From Nitrospirota bacterium (GTDB lineage: Bacteria; Nitrospirota; JACRHL01), in the NCBI GenBank assembly GCA_016212085.1, contig JACRHL010000021.1, positions 27,925 to 91,924 of the forward strand: 64,000 nt of DNA, read 5' to 3'. The position numbers and the translations under genes were made by a program. Shown piece by piece: positions 44,202-54,336 of this stretch (within the stretch, counting starts at the first letter, position 1; every line of letters starts with the position of its first letter). The notes under the pieces were generated by a model. That model had not been told where the DNA came from. It saw only the letters and a list, made by a program, of their open reading frames with translations, and made no database searches.

Positions 44202-46217
44202 TTAGGCGGCCTCCTCGGCCGGCTTGGCGCGGCGCACCGGCAGGGTGACGCGGAAGGTGGCGCCGTTGCCCTCCTCGCTGGCCACGTCGATGGTGCCGTT
44301 GTGTTTCCTGACGATGCCGTAGGCCAGGGACAGGCCCAGGCCGGTGCCCTGACCCACCGGCTTGGTGGTGAAGAACGGGTCGAACAGCTTTTCCATGTGT
44401 TCCGGGGGGATGCCCTTGCCGTCGTCGGCCACCTCCACCCACACGAACTCCCCGGCGGCGCCGGTACGGATGGTGATGGTGCCGCGCTGCTGGATGGCAT
44501 GGGCGGCGTTCACCAGCAGGTTCATGAACACCTGGGAGAGCTGGCTGGGCACGCACTCCACCATGGGCAGATCGGCGTATTCCCGCACCACCTCGGCCTT
44601 GTACTTGATCTCGTTGCGGACGATGTTGAGGGTGGACTCGATCCCCCTGTGCAGGTCGGCCAGCTCCCACTCGTCGTTGTTCACGTGGGAGAACTCCCGC
44701 AGGTCGCGCACGATGCGCTTGACGCGGGTGATGCCCTCCACGCACTCCTCCACCAGGGCCTGGGTGTCGCCGCGCAGATAGTCCAGGTCGGCCCGCACGC
44801 GGGCGGCGCGCACCCGCTCCGCCAGCTCCGGATGGCTGGCGATCAGCGCGTCCGCCTCGCGGTAGGCGTCGATCACCTGGAACAGGTCGCTCAGGTAGCC
44901 GCCCAGGGTGCCGATGTTGGCGTTCACGTAGCCCACCGGGTTGTTGATCTCGTGGGCCACGCCGGCGGCAAGCTGGCCCAGGGAGGCGAGCTTTTCCGAT
45001 TGCAGCAATTGATCCCTGGCCTGCTTGAGCTTGGCGATGAGCAGATCCTGCTCGGCGCGCTCCATCTCCAGGGTGAACATGGCGCCTTGCAGCTCGCCGG
45101 TGCGCTCCGCCACCAGCTGTTCCAGGCGGTCGTACAGCTCGCACTGGGCACGCTCGGCGGCCACCTGCTCGGTGATATCGCGGATGACCACGGTGCGGAT
45201 GAGCTCGCCGTCCACGTTCACCTCGCTGCACACCACCTCGGCGGGGAAGGGCGTTCCGTCCCGGCGCATGCCGGTGCGGCCGCACCCGCCGCCGCACGGG
45301 TGAACCGTGCCACACACGAAGGTGCACTGGCCATCCCCGCAGGCGTGCCCCTCGGCGGCCAGCAGCGCCGCCAGCGACATGCCCAGCGCGTCCTCGGGCA
45401 GGTAGCCGAAGATGCGCTGGGCGGCGCGGTTGAAGGAGGTCACGCAGCCGTCGGCGCCGGTGGTGATGATGGCCTCGGCGGCGGTTTCCAGCACCATGCG
45501 GCCGCGCGCCTCGCTGGCTTGCAGCCGGCGCAGCAGCGGGCGGTTCAGCCGCACCACCGCCCACGCCCCCGCCAGCACCGCCACCAGCGCCAGCAGCGCC
45601 GAGCGCCAGGCGGCGGTCAGGAAAGGGGCGTGCAGCTCGGCCACGGGTATCTTGGCGATCACCCCCAGGTAGCGCGGCGTGCCGTTCAGCATCACGCTCA
45701 CCGGGGTGTAGGCGGCCAGCACCTTCCGCCCCTCGTAGTCGAGGCCGATCATGGTGCCGGTGCCGCCCTCCAGGGCGCGGCGCATGGGGGCCGCCAGCCC
45801 GGAGTCGTAGGGGACCGAACGGGGAAACTGCTGGCCGTCGCGGCCGACGATCAGGGCCAGGGAGATGTCGTCCCCGCTCCTCAGGCCCACCACGAACTCG
45901 CCGCTGCGGGCGCCCCAGCGGTGGCGCTGGTAGGCGGCGGAGAGCAGCGCCACCGGGTCCATGCGGGCGTCCTCCGCCGCGCCCACGGCGCTCTGGATGA
46001 AGCTGCGCTGCAACTCGGCCATCTCCACCAGCCGGTCCTGCTCCCGCTCCAGCGCCACCCGGTACAGCCCGAACATGGACAGGGTGCCCACCAGCAGCGT
46101 GACGCTGAGGAACACGGCCACCATCACCGCCAGGCGGCGAACATCGGAAAGGCCCGCGCGCCCGTCGGGCGCGGGGCGGCGCGGTTTCCGCGCGGCGGAT
46201 GGCGGCGCGCCGGTCAC
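44202..46217 (-). CDS. Membrane PAS sensor histidine kinase
   Basis: GTGA overlap; Cache-like DYEGRKVLAAY; QSEKLASLGQLAAGVAHEINNP. Confidence 0.92.
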   Translation of the reverse strand: MTGAPPSAARKPRRPAPDGRAGLSDVRRLAVMVAVFLSVTLLVGTLSMFGLYRVALEREQDRLVEMAELQRSFIQSAVGAAEDARMDPVALLSAAYQRHRWGARSGEFVVGLRSGDDISLALIVGRDGQQFPRSVPYDSGLAAPMRRALEGGTGTMIGLDYEGRKVLAAYTPVSVMLNGTPRYLGVIAKIPVAELHAPFLTAAWRSALLALVAVLAGAWAVVRLNRPLLRRLQASEARGRMVLETAAEAIITTGADGCVTSFNRAAQRIFGYLPEDALGMSLAALLAAEGHACGDGQCTFVCGTVHPCGGGCGRTGMRRDGTPFPAEVVCSEVNVDGELIRTVVIRDITEQVAAERAQCELYDRLEQLVAERTGELQGAMFTLEMERAEQDLLIAKLKQARDQLLQSEKLASLGQLAAGVAHEINNPVGYVNANIGTLGGYLSDLFQVIDAYREADALIASHPELAERVRAARVRADLDYLRGDTQALVEECVEGITRVKRIVRDLREFSHVNNDEWELADLHRGIESTLNIVRNEIKYKAEVVREYADLPMVECVPSQLSQVFMNLLVNAAHAIQQRGTITIRTGAAGEFVWVEVADDGKGIPPEHMEKLFDPFFTTKPVGQGTGLGLSLAYGIVRKHNGTIDVASEEGNGATFRVTLPVRRAKPAEEAA

Positions 46218-47632
46218 CGGCGCGGGGCCTCCGCCGGCGCCTCGGGCGCGGCCTCCGCCCGGACATGGTGCTGGCGCACGGGGATGGTGACGCGGAAGGT
46301 GGTGCCCACGCCCACCTTGCTCTTGACGCCGATGTGCCCGTGGTGGCGCTGCACGATGCCGTAGGCGAGGGACAGGCCCAGGCCAGTGCCCTTGCCCACC
46401 GGCTTGGTGGTGAAGAACGGGTCGAACAGCTTTTCCATGTGCTCCGGGAGGATGCCCTTGCCGTCGTCGGCCACCTCGACCCACACCTGTCCCCCGCCCT
46501 CGGCGGTGCCGGTGCGGATGGTGATGGTGCCGTGGCCCTCGATGGCGTGGGCGGCGTTCACCAGGAGGTTCATGAACACCTGGTTGAGCTGGCCCGACAG
46601 GCACTCCACCGGCGGCAGCGTGCCGTATTCCCGCACCACGTCGGCCTTGTACTTGATCTCGTTCTGGACGATGTTGAGGGTGGACTCGACGCCCTTGTGG
46701 ATGTCCTGCTCGGTCCACTCGCCCTCGTCCACGTGGGAGAAATCCTTGAGGTCCTGGACGATGCGCTTGACCCGCGCCAGGCCTTCCAGGCACTCGGCCA
46801 TCAGCTCGGTCACGTCGTCCTTCAGGAACGCCAGGTCCGCCTCCTGCTTCACCCGTTCCACCGCCGCCATGCGCTCCGGGTCGGCGGCGATCAGGGGGTC
46901 GGCGGACTGGTAGCAGTCCACCACCTTGAGCAGGCCGTCCAGGTAGTTTTGCAGGCTCGACAGGTTGGAATTGATGTAGCCCACCGGGTTGTTGATCTCG
47001 TGGGCCACGCCGGCGGCCAACTGGCCGATGGACGCGAGCTTCTCGGACTGGAACAGCTGGGTGTGCGCCTCCTCCAGCTTCTTGTTCATGCGCCGCATCT
47101 CGGTGATCTGCGCCTGCTGGTCCCGGTGCAGGCGCATGTTCTCGATCACCACCGAGATCATGTTGACCAGCATATGGCCGTGCTCCAGGTCCTCGGCGGA
47201 GAACGGCGTCAGCTCGTGGGAGCGGTTGATGCTCAGGGTGCCGACGAGCTGGGCGTCCAGCCGCAGCGGCCAGCACATGGCCGAGGCCGGGCGCTCGCGC
47301 GCCACGTTGCGCGATGTCACCCGGCTGTCGTGCTTCAGGTCGCCGTTGAGCAGCATCGGCTGGCGGGTTTGCGCCACCTGCCCCAGGATGCCGTTGCCCA
47401 GGGTGATGGGGGTGCCGATGGCGGCCTCGGAGAGGCCCACCACGGTGGTGATGGTCAGGTCGCCCGGCCCCTCGCCCTTCAGCGCCAGGCACCCGGTCGA
47501 GGCGTCGAAGCCGCGCACCACGTGCTCCAGCAGCTCGCGCCGGAGGGGCGCCGGGTCGTCCGCGGTGCCCGCGCGCTGGCCGATCAGGTACAGATCGTAG
47601 ATCCAGGCAAGCCGGTTGGTGGGATTCATCAT
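46214..47632 (-). CDS. GAF-domain histidine kinase
   Basis: GAF (GILGQVA, SAMCWPL); AHEINNP; FFTTKPVG. Confidence 0.93.
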   Translation of the reverse strand: MMNPTNRLAWIYDLYLIGQRAGTADDPAPLRRELLEHVVRGFDASTGCLALKGEGPGDLTITTVVGLSEAAIGTPITLGNGILGQVAQTRQPMLLNGDLKHDSRVTSRNVARERPASAMCWPLRLDAQLVGTLSINRSHELTPFSAEDLEHGHMLVNMISVVIENMRLHRDQQAQITEMRRMNKKLEEAHTQLFQSEKLASIGQLAAGVAHEINNPVGYINSNLSSLQNYLDGLLKVVDCYQSADPLIAADPERMAAVERVKQEADLAFLKDDVTELMAECLEGLARVKRIVQDLKDFSHVDEGEWTEQDIHKGVESTLNIVQNEIKYKADVVREYGTLPPVECLSGQLNQVFMNLLVNAAHAIEGHGTITIRTGTAEGGGQVWVEVADDGKGILPEHMEKLFDPFFTTKPVGKGTGLGLSLAYGIVQRHHGHIGVKSKVGVGTTFRVTIPVRQHHVRAEAAPEAPAEAPRR

Positions 47633-47675
47633 CGGTGGTCAACCCCCATTGCGGTCAGGAAGCGGTCCGCCGGCG

Positions 47676-48476
47676 CTACGGCACCAGCGTGAGCAGCACG
47701 CCCTGGCCGTGTGCGCCGCCCAGCCGCCGCACGTGGGCGTTCACGACGCGCGCGCCGGCGCCGGGCAGGGCCACCGCCATGTCGGTCTGGTCGGGCTGCC
47801 CCAGCAGCGTGTTCAGGGTGTGCGGCAGCGTGAGCTCCGCCAGACAGCTCACCAGGCTGCCGCCATCGGGCATGAACATCAGGTCGGCGGCGCGGTTGGA
47901 GATGGCGATCAGCCCGTCATCCGCCAGTCCGATCACCGGCACCGGCAGCGCCTCGATCAGATCCTGGAAGCCCTCCAGCGCCTGCTGCCGGAAGGTGACG
48001 TCGGCCACGGTCTCCGCCACCTGGCTGGCCAGCTCGGTGTTCATGGCGAGCAGTTGGCGGTTGGCATTTTCCAGGGCCGTTTGCAGGCGCCGGTTCTCCG
48101 CCTTCAACTCGTGATAGGAGAACGCCTCGGCGATGTCGGCCCGCAGGGCGATGTCGTCCCACGGCTTGGTCAGAAAGCGGAACACGGCGCCGCGGTTGAC
48201 GGCGGCCACCACGGATTCCAGCTCCGTGTAGCCCGACAGGGCGATGCGCACCGCGTCCGGGCGGACCGCGCGCGACCGCTCCAGGAACTCGACGCCGGTC
48301 ATCTCGGGCATGCGCTGGTCCGAGACGATCACGCCCACGTCGTGCGCCGCCAGGAGTTTCAGCCCGTCGGCCCCGGAGTTGGCCTTGTGGATGGTGTAGC
48401 CGTCGCGGCGCAGCACGCGCTCGATGGCGTTCAGGATGTTGGGCTCGTCGTCGACGAGCAGAAGGACGCGTTCCAT
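47676..48476 (-). CDS. Response regulator (receiver, coiled coil, PAS-like)
   Basis: LLVDDEPNIL, SDQRMP, FLTKPW. Confidence 0.9.
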   Translation of the reverse strand: MERVLLLVDDEPNILNAIERVLRRDGYTIHKANSGADGLKLLAAHDVGVIVSDQRMPEMTGVEFLERSRAVRPDAVRIALSGYTELESVVAAVNRGAVFRFLTKPWDDIALRADIAEAFSYHELKAENRRLQTALENANRQLLAMNTELASQVAETVADVTFRQQALEGFQDLIEALPVPVIGLADDGLIAISNRAADLMFMPDGGSLVSCLAELTLPHTLNTLLGQPDQTDMAVALPGAGARVVNAHVRRLGGAHGQGVLLTLVP

Positions 48477-48644
48477 GGGTTCCCCGCTACGGCCGCCGCC
48501 CCCTCCCCAGGAAAACGGCGGGATATCGCCTTCCTATCGGCACCCCGCCGGGCGGGATTGAGCAGGCGCCGGCAGCGCCGTTGAAAAACGCCGGTTTTCG
48601 GCGAACCCGCGTCCGCCACAGGGATGGGCTTTTTCAACACCCTG

Positions 48645-48673
48645 AAAACCGCCAAAACGCCAGAAACGCAAGG
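48645..48673 (+). promoter_or_regulatory. CAGAAACGC repeat motif, copy 1
   Basis: aaaaccgccaaaacgccagaaacgcaagg, about 90 bp before the terS operon. Confidence 0.55.
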
Positions 48674-48761
48674 TGCCGTATTTAGCGCGCCGCTAATCTG
48701 CCCCCATGCGGCCGGCAGCCCGATGGGCGGGCGCCCGGCCACCATGCACGGAGGGAGAACG

Positions 48762-48935
48762 ATGATGGAACGCGACTGGCCCTACCCGCCCCAATGGCAG
48801 GAGCGCCGCGAGGAGATGGCCCGCTGCGGATGCAGCCACTGCGACGCCCTGCGCGCCGACGCCCCGGCCAAGGCCGCCGCCCTGGCGCGCTACGTGGCGG
48901 CCCAGGGCACCGCCCCGGCGGAGGCGGCCCCATGA
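48762..48935 (+). CDS. 57-aa hypothetical protein with CxCxxC
   Basis: GGAGGGAG RBS; ATGA-coupled to the next gene. Confidence 0.65.
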   Translation: MMERDWPYPPQWQERREEMARCGCSHCDALRADAPAKAAALARYVAAQGTAPAEAAP

Positions 48936-49204
48936 GCGAGACCGGCAACTGGCACCTGGACCGGCGCGTGTCGGTGGGGCACCTGGTCACCACCCTCACC
49001 GTGCTGGTGGCCATGGTGCTGTGGGGGGCGCGGCTGGAGACGCGCATCGTGCTCATGGAGCAGGATGCCGCCCGCCAGGCGCGCGTCGACGCCCGCCAGG
49101 AGGCGGACGTGCAGCGCCTGCGCGAGGAGATCCGGGAGGAGCTGAAAAGCCTGAACGCCAAGATGGACCGCTTTTTCGAGCGGCTCATCAAGGGGGGTGA
49201 GTGA
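48932..49204 (+). CDS. Phage-type small membrane protein (1 TM plus coiled coil; holin-like?)
   Basis: WHLDRRVSVGHL, TM, coiled coil; coupled to terS. Confidence 0.65.
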   Translation: MSETGNWHLDRRVSVGHLVTTLTVLVAMVLWGARLETRIVLMEQDAARQARVDARQEADVQRLREEIREELKSLNAKMDRFFERLIKGGE

Positions 49205-49656
49205 CCCGGCCGGACACCGCCGCCGGCCAGCGCGGGCGCGGTACCCCCACGCGCTACACCATCGCCACCGCCCGCGCCATCTGCCAGCGCCTGGCGCGGG
49301 GCGAGCCCCTCACCCTGGTCTGCGCCGATCCGGCCATGCCCGCCTACCGCACGGTGATGGACTGGCTGGCGGCGCGGCCGCGCTTCCGGGAGATGTATGC
49401 CCAGGCGCGGGTGCTCCAGGCCCATGCCCTGGCGGACGAGATCCTCCAGGTGCTGCGCTGTGACCGGCTGCCCCCGGCGGACAAGCAGGCGCGCATCAAG
49501 GGGCTGGCGTGGCTGGCCGCCAAGCTGCACCCGCAGAAATACGGCGACCGCTCCGGCCCCGCCCCGGACGGCGCCCCGGCCCCCGGCTTCACGGTCATCG
49601 TGAACCCGCCGGCCATCGGGGCCGAACCCCTGGAACAGGAGAGTGACGATGAATAG
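49201..49656 (+). CDS. Terminase small subunit (Sf6 gp1-like)
   Basis: PTRYT...ICQRLARGEPL..VC.DPAMP...TVMDWL...FREMYAQAR...WLAAKLHPQKYGDR. Confidence 0.85.
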   Translation: MTRPDTAAGQRGRGTPTRYTIATARAICQRLARGEPLTLVCADPAMPAYRTVMDWLAARPRFREMYAQARVLQAHALADEILQVLRCDRLPPADKQARIKGLAWLAAKLHPQKYGDRSGPAPDGAPAPGFTVIVNPPAIGAEPLEQESDDE

Positions 49657-49671
49657 GCAGGAACAACGGAA

Positions 49672-49814
49672 GGGCACCTCTCAAAACCTGCTGCGCGCTC
49701 CGATTGCTGCGTTGGGCGGTGCTCGAACCCTCGCCTATCACCCAGATATGTCTCGGGCTCTGCGCTCCGTCCGCCTTGCACTCGGGGTGCTCGCGACGGT
49801 TTTGAGCGGTGCCC
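49672..49814 (+). mobile_element. MITE family A copy 2 (143 bp)
   Basis: TIRs; GGAA target duplication; in-frame and stop-free. Confidence 0.92.
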
Positions 49815-50011
49815 GGAAGCAGCAACCACCCCAACGCCGCCTCACCGCCCGCCCCGGCGAGGACGGCATCATTGCCGATGAGACCCCCACCCCGCGCCTG
49901 ATCGCCCTGGCCCGCGAGCTGGCGGCCAACCCGCAGGTGAGCCGGGAGGCGGCGTCCAAGGTGCTGTGGAGCGCCGTGAAGGCGGACCCACCCGCCATGC
50001 CGCCCCAACAT

Positions 50012-50154
50012 GGGCACGCCCGAAAACCTACTGCGCGGCCCCATCGCTGCGTTGGGCGGTGCTCGGCCCCTCGCCTATCGGCTTGATATGTCTCGGGGCC
50101 TGCGCTCCGTCCGCCTTGCGCTCGGGCCGCTCGCCACGGTTTTCGGGCGTGCCC
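50012..50154 (+). mobile_element. MITE family A copy 3 (143 bp)
   Basis: Perfect 17-bp TIRs gggcacgcccgaaaacc/ggttttcgggcgtgccc. Confidence 0.9.
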
Positions 50155-50668
50155 CGCCCGCTGGCACGACGACCCCGGCCGCCGCGACGCCGCCATGCGC
50201 GGCCTGACCGCGCTGGCCACCGATCCCGCGCGCCGCCACCAGAACCCGGACGAGGTGCTGCACCTGTGGGCCAGCGGGATGGAGGGCAACCCCGGCGCCT
50301 ACGAGCGGGCCCACCCCACGCCACCGTGGCGAACGGTGGGCCAGGTAGTTGGCTACGAGACCGACTTTTACGCGGACCAGCGCCGCTATCCCTTCACGGA
50401 CGGCCTCCGGGCCGATTGGCACGACGTGAGCGGCAAGGTCGGTGGCAAGATCGCCAAGGCCGCCCACGCCATCGGCGCCACCCAGGTGGAGCAGCGCTTG
50501 CTGGCCGACGCCGAGCGCGACCAACGGGCGGCGGAGGCGTTGCGAACGCAACACAAGTACGACCCGAACGCCTATCTGGCGTTCCTGGCGGGGCGGTACG
50601 GGCGGCAGGCCAATTCCTATGGGAACATCATTCGCAAGGTGGGCCCCCGTGTCGGCAGGAAAATATTT

Positions 50669-50822
50669 GGGCACCTCTAGGGCACCTCTATTAACCTGCT
50701 GCGCGCCCCGATTGCTGCGTTGGGCGGTGTTCGAACCCTCTCCTATCACCATGATATGTCTCGGATTCTGCGCTCCGTCCGCCTTGCACTCGCACCGCTC
50801 GCGACGGTTATTAGAAGTGCCC
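50669..50822 (+). mobile_element. MITE family A copy 4 with duplicated left end
   Basis: gggcacctcta twice in tandem; ATTT target duplication. Confidence 0.9.
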
Positions 50823-50847
50823 ATTTGGATGGAACCGATAGGCGTGG

Positions 50848-51213
50848 CTAGGTGATTGCCGCGAGAAGAACCGTTACCACAAGGATCGAAACGGAAAACA
50901 ACACCAGAAACCAGAATCCGTCCGGCCAGCGCCGCTCCGGCCAGCGGCGCATCATCCGGCGGCGCAAGGGCTCGGCCAGGCCGGCCAGCAACCCGGCCAG
51001 GCCGAGCCCCTCCGTGGCCGCGCACGGCACGCCGCCACCGATGTCCGCCTCGCACAGGTAGACGGACACCAGGAACAGCAACGCCCCGGCGGTGACGAAG
51101 ATGACTGCCCGGCTTTCCCACAGCGCTCGCCGCATGGGAACAGGGCGCACCGTCCTGGGTTCCCGGGGATACGGGGCACCGGGCTCGGGCGTCTGGGGCG
51201 GCTGCTCGCTCAT
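50848..51213 (-). CDS. Small 3-TM membrane protein
   Basis: Three hydrophobic segments; convergent on the 49649 gene. Confidence 0.65.
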   Translation of the reverse strand: MSEQPPQTPEPGAPYPREPRTVRPVPMRRALWESRAVIFVTAGALLFLVSVYLCEADIGGGVPCAATEGLGLAGLLAGLAEPLRRRMMRRWPERRWPDGFWFLVLFSVSILVVTVLLAAIT

Positions 51214-51424
51214 GGTGATGAGGGTACCAACCGGCGGTAACGGCGGCAAGGGGGATTGATCGCGTTATGCTATCCTTCCCCCGGGCGCGCGGCGGGCACG
51301 TACCAACAGGGGCTCTTGCAGCCCCGTCCGGCATCCTTCCCCTGGGCGCGCGGCGGGCACGGTTGTTGGCGGCGGGGCCGGCGGGGCGCTAGACTGACCG
51401 GAACCATCCAGCACGGGGCGCGCC

Positions 51425-53188
51425 ATGGCCGAGGGACAGCGGTGTGAGTTCAAGCATGAGGCGTACAACTTCATCCGCACCCTCCCCGATGGAATTTGGA
51501 GGGCCGTGGACAGCCAGGAGCGGTGCTGGATGCGGACGGACACGGCAACCTTCACAACCGAGTCCGGCCCCGAACGCTACTGCCTGCTGCACGCCCGGGC
51601 GGGCCAGGAGCCGGAGGATCGTAAGGACTGGCCCCTGGCAATGCGGGAGGACGCCCAGGCGGCCCTGCTGGGACGGCTGGTCCGCGAGTGGGCGGAGGTG
51701 GTCGGGCAATTGCCGGAAGGCCAGCGGCCCGCGCTGGTGCTGGCGGGCATCCGGTGCGGTGACATCGACCTCAACAAGCAGGTTTTTCCCGCCCGGATCG
51801 ATTGCAGCGGGGCCAAGTTCATGGGCGACGCCTGGTTTGGCAAGGCCGAGTTCACGGGCGACGCCTTGTTTCGCGGGGCCACGTTCACGGGCAGCGCCGA
51901 GTTTGGCGGGGCCACGTTCACGGGCAGCGCCGAGTTTGGCGGGGCCACGTTCACGGGCGGCGCCGAGTTTGGCGGGGCCACGTTCACGGGCGACGCCAGG
52001 TTTGGCGGGGCCACGTTCACGGGCGACGCCAGGTTTGGCGGGGCCACGTTCACGGGCGACGCCTGGTTTCGCGGGGCCACGTTCACGGGCGACGCCTGGT
52101 TTCGCGGGGCCACGTTCACGGGCGACGCCGAGTTTGATCGTGCGGCGTTCAGCGGGGATGCCCTGTTCCGCCGCACACAGTTCGAGGGCCGGCTGGTGGC
52201 CGAAGCTGCATGGTTCCTGGGCCGGCTGGTGCTGGAGGACAACCAATTCGGCTTCCCCGCCGTGTTCTCCGGCTGCCACATGCACCGGCTCGAGTACCGC
52301 ACCCACAAGGGGGAGCGGCTGTTTTTCAACGGCTGCATCACCGTGGACCGGGTGGACGACCACCTGGTTGATGCGGAAACCCGCGGCACCCTTGACCTCG
52401 CCATTCTGGAGAATGGAGCCCGGCCCACGGAACGGCAGGCGGGCTGGCTCGGGTTCCAAGGCCAGCACTGCGAGCAGATCACCTTCCAGAACATGGACTT
52501 GAGCCGGGCGGATTTCGTCCGGGCGGACGTTTCCAAGACGCGCTTCATCTCCTGCCGCTGGAACCCGCCGGACAAGCCGCGCTATCCGAGGCTGTGGGGC
52601 CACCCGGACAAGCTGCCTTCGCAGGACCGGGAGCAGAACGAGCAGGAGTTGTTGCTGTTCAAGAACGCCTACGAGCAGCTCAAGAACAACCTGGAGGGGC
52701 ACCGGGATTACGTGCAGGCGGGGGCGTTCCACTATTGGGAGATGGACCTGCGCCAGCGGCTGCTGCGGCTGAGCGGCAAAAATGGACGCAAGAACAGCGC
52801 AGAACGTCCAGAGATGGCCCTGCGCCAGCGGCTGCTGCGGCTGCTGCGGCTGAGCGGACGGTGGCTGGAGCGGGTGCTGTTCGGCCTGTACCGGCTGACC
52901 GCCGATTATGGCGAGAGCTACGCCAAGCTATTCGTGACCATCGCCGTCACCCTGGGGCTGGCCACCCTGGGGGTGCATTGGCGGGAGTATCTGCCGTGGG
53001 ACGGGTGCGGGGTTTGGCAGACGTTCCACAACACCGTGTTCAGCCTGGTGCCGTCCGCGTTCCAGAAGGACAGTTCCAGCGCGTTGCAGCACGACGCCAG
53101 CAAGTGGATCGTGCTTGGCGAGGGCATCCTCCTGGTCGTCCTGGTGCCCATGTTCGTCATGGCCGTCCGCCGCCGGTTCCGGCGCTGA
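51425..53188 (+). CDS. Pentapeptide-repeat protein with C-terminal membrane domain
   Basis: About ten 11-aa FTGDAxFxGAT repeats; CxxH motif; TADYGESY followed by TM segments. Confidence 0.88.
   Translation: MAEGQRCEFKHEAYNFIRTLPDGIWRAVDSQERCWMRTDTATFTTESGPERYCLLHARAGQEPEDRKDWPLAMREDAQAALLGRLVREWAEVVGQLPEGQRPALVLAGIRCGDIDLNKQVFPARIDCSGAKFMGDAWFGKAEFTGDALFRGATFTGSAEFGGATFTGSAEFGGATFTGGAEFGGATFTGDARFGGATFTGDARFGGATFTGDAWFRGATFTGDAWFRGATFTGDAEFDRAAFSGDALFRRTQFEGRLVAEAAWFLGRLVLEDNQFGFPAVFSGCHMHRLEYRTHKGERLFFNGCITVDRVDDHLVDAETRGTLDLAILENGARPTERQAGWLGFQGQHCEQITFQNMDLSRADFVRADVSKTRFISCRWNPPDKPRYPRLWGHPDKLPSQDREQNEQELLLFKNAYEQLKNNLEGHRDYVQAGAFHYWEMDLRQRLLRLSGKNGRKNSAERPEMALRQRLLRLLRLSGRWLERVLFGLYRLTADYGESYAKLFVTIAVTLGLATLGVHWREYLPWDGCGVWQTFHNTVFSLVPSAFQKDSSSALQHDASKWIVLGEGILLVVLVPMFVMAVRRRFRR
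51818..52170 (+). repeat. 33-bp coding tandem repeat
   Basis: ggggccacgttcacgggcgacgcc(t/a)ggttt(c/g)gc units. Confidence 0.92.
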
Positions 53189-53478
53189 AGGGTCGACAAG
53201 GGGCGCTTGCCGCCGGCGTTGCCGGGGCCCGGTGGGCCCTCCCCTGCCCGTTTGGGCGCGGCGACCGGGGCGCCTGCGACGGTTAACGGGGGTACCCATT
53301 CCCCCCCAAAACGAACGCGCGGCACATCGAACCCAGCCCCCATCGTTGGATTCGATGCACCGCGCGCGGGCGTGGCCTGGCGGTCAGGCGCCTGCCAGGC
53401 AGGCGCACACCAGGGCGATCATGGCCCACAGGCCGGGGCGGACGGCCGGTGGGGTGGCGGGTTTAGCGTTCATGGTCA

Positions 53479-53642
53479 GGGCACTTCCATCAACCTGCCG
53501 CGCGCCCCGATTGCCGCGCCCAGCGGTGCCCGAACCCTCGCCCATCACCGCGATATGCCCCGGATTCTGCGCGGCGTGGCGGTGCCGCTCCGCTCGGGGT
53601 GCCTTGCACCCGGTGCCCTTGCGACGGTTGATGAAGGGGCCC
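53479..53642 (+). mobile_element. MITE family A, long variant (164 bp)
   Basis: gggcacttccatcaacc/ggttgatgaaggggccc; flanks gtca/atca. Confidence 0.85.
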
Positions 53643-53643
53643 A

Positions 53644-54045
53644 TCACTTGCCCACCCGGATGATGTGTTGCACCGCGTTGTCGATCAGCTTGCGCCAGGC
53701 CGCCTCCACCTCCGGGGTGAGCTTGGTGTCGAACTCCCGCACGCACTGCATCAGGCTGTTGGACCAGTAGCTGTACAGGTCGGCCCGGATGTCCATGCCG
53801 CGCACGCCGTGGCTTTCGCCGATGCGGTTCAGGGAGTTCGCGGCCATCATGTTGTGCTGCGAGAACAGGATCACCATGGAGATGCCGTTGCGCAGCAGTT
53901 TTTTCTGCTCCTTGAAGTCCGTGTTCCTGAACATGGGCGCAAGGCCCGGATGGCTGGCCAGGAAGATGTCGTAAAAACGGTCGATGAAGCCCCCCTTCAG
54001 GGTGCAGCGAGCGTAGCTCTCCTGCACCGCGCCTACACTGTCCAT
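53644..54045 (-). CDS. Single-domain globin
   Basis: ESYARC, FIDRFYDIF, FRNTDFKEQK, GESHG, AAWRK. Confidence 0.88.
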   Translation of the reverse strand: MDSVGAVQESYARCTLKGGFIDRFYDIFLASHPGLAPMFRNTDFKEQKKLLRNGISMVILFSQHNMMAANSLNRIGESHGVRGMDIRADLYSYWSNSLMQCVREFDTKLTPEVEAAWRKLIDNAVQHIIRVGK

Positions 54046-54336
54046 TCTGATCTCCTTGTGTCTCCGTTTGCGTGAACGCCCCCCCGGGGCCCGGTCTTGG
54101 GCCACCACCATGGTGACTGGCTTACTGATCGGCCCCCGCCACCCCCGCCCCGATGACGGATGTCATATGGAAAGCCATGTTTATTTCCCGGCGGGGGGAG
54201 GGGGGGCGAAAAGGGGGCGAATCGGCTGGGTCAGGATGTGCGGGGGCGCGAAAAGGAGGGCACCTTACGGGGAGCCACGCGCCGTGCCCGGTTGAACAGG
54301 CCGCGGTGCCCCATGGGTGGGAGGGGCGTTATATGG

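Larger units (their letters stand above)
49649..50841 (+). pseudogene. Hypothetical protein (about 246 aa reconstructed) carrying three MITE insertions
   Basis: AGGAG RBS; fragments 49649 and 50195 share one frame; TGA at 50084-50086 lies inside MITE 3; native end KIFGWNR* is restored by removing MITE 4. Confidence 0.75.

Noticed and set aside
50084-50086. Selenocysteine or programmed readthrough at the in-frame TGA
   Set aside because: The codon lies in a variable part of a MITE; a point mutation is the simpler explanation and no SECIS is recognisable.
51818-52170. Possible CRISPR array
   Set aside because: Contiguous 33-bp coding repeats with no unique spacers and no cas genes.
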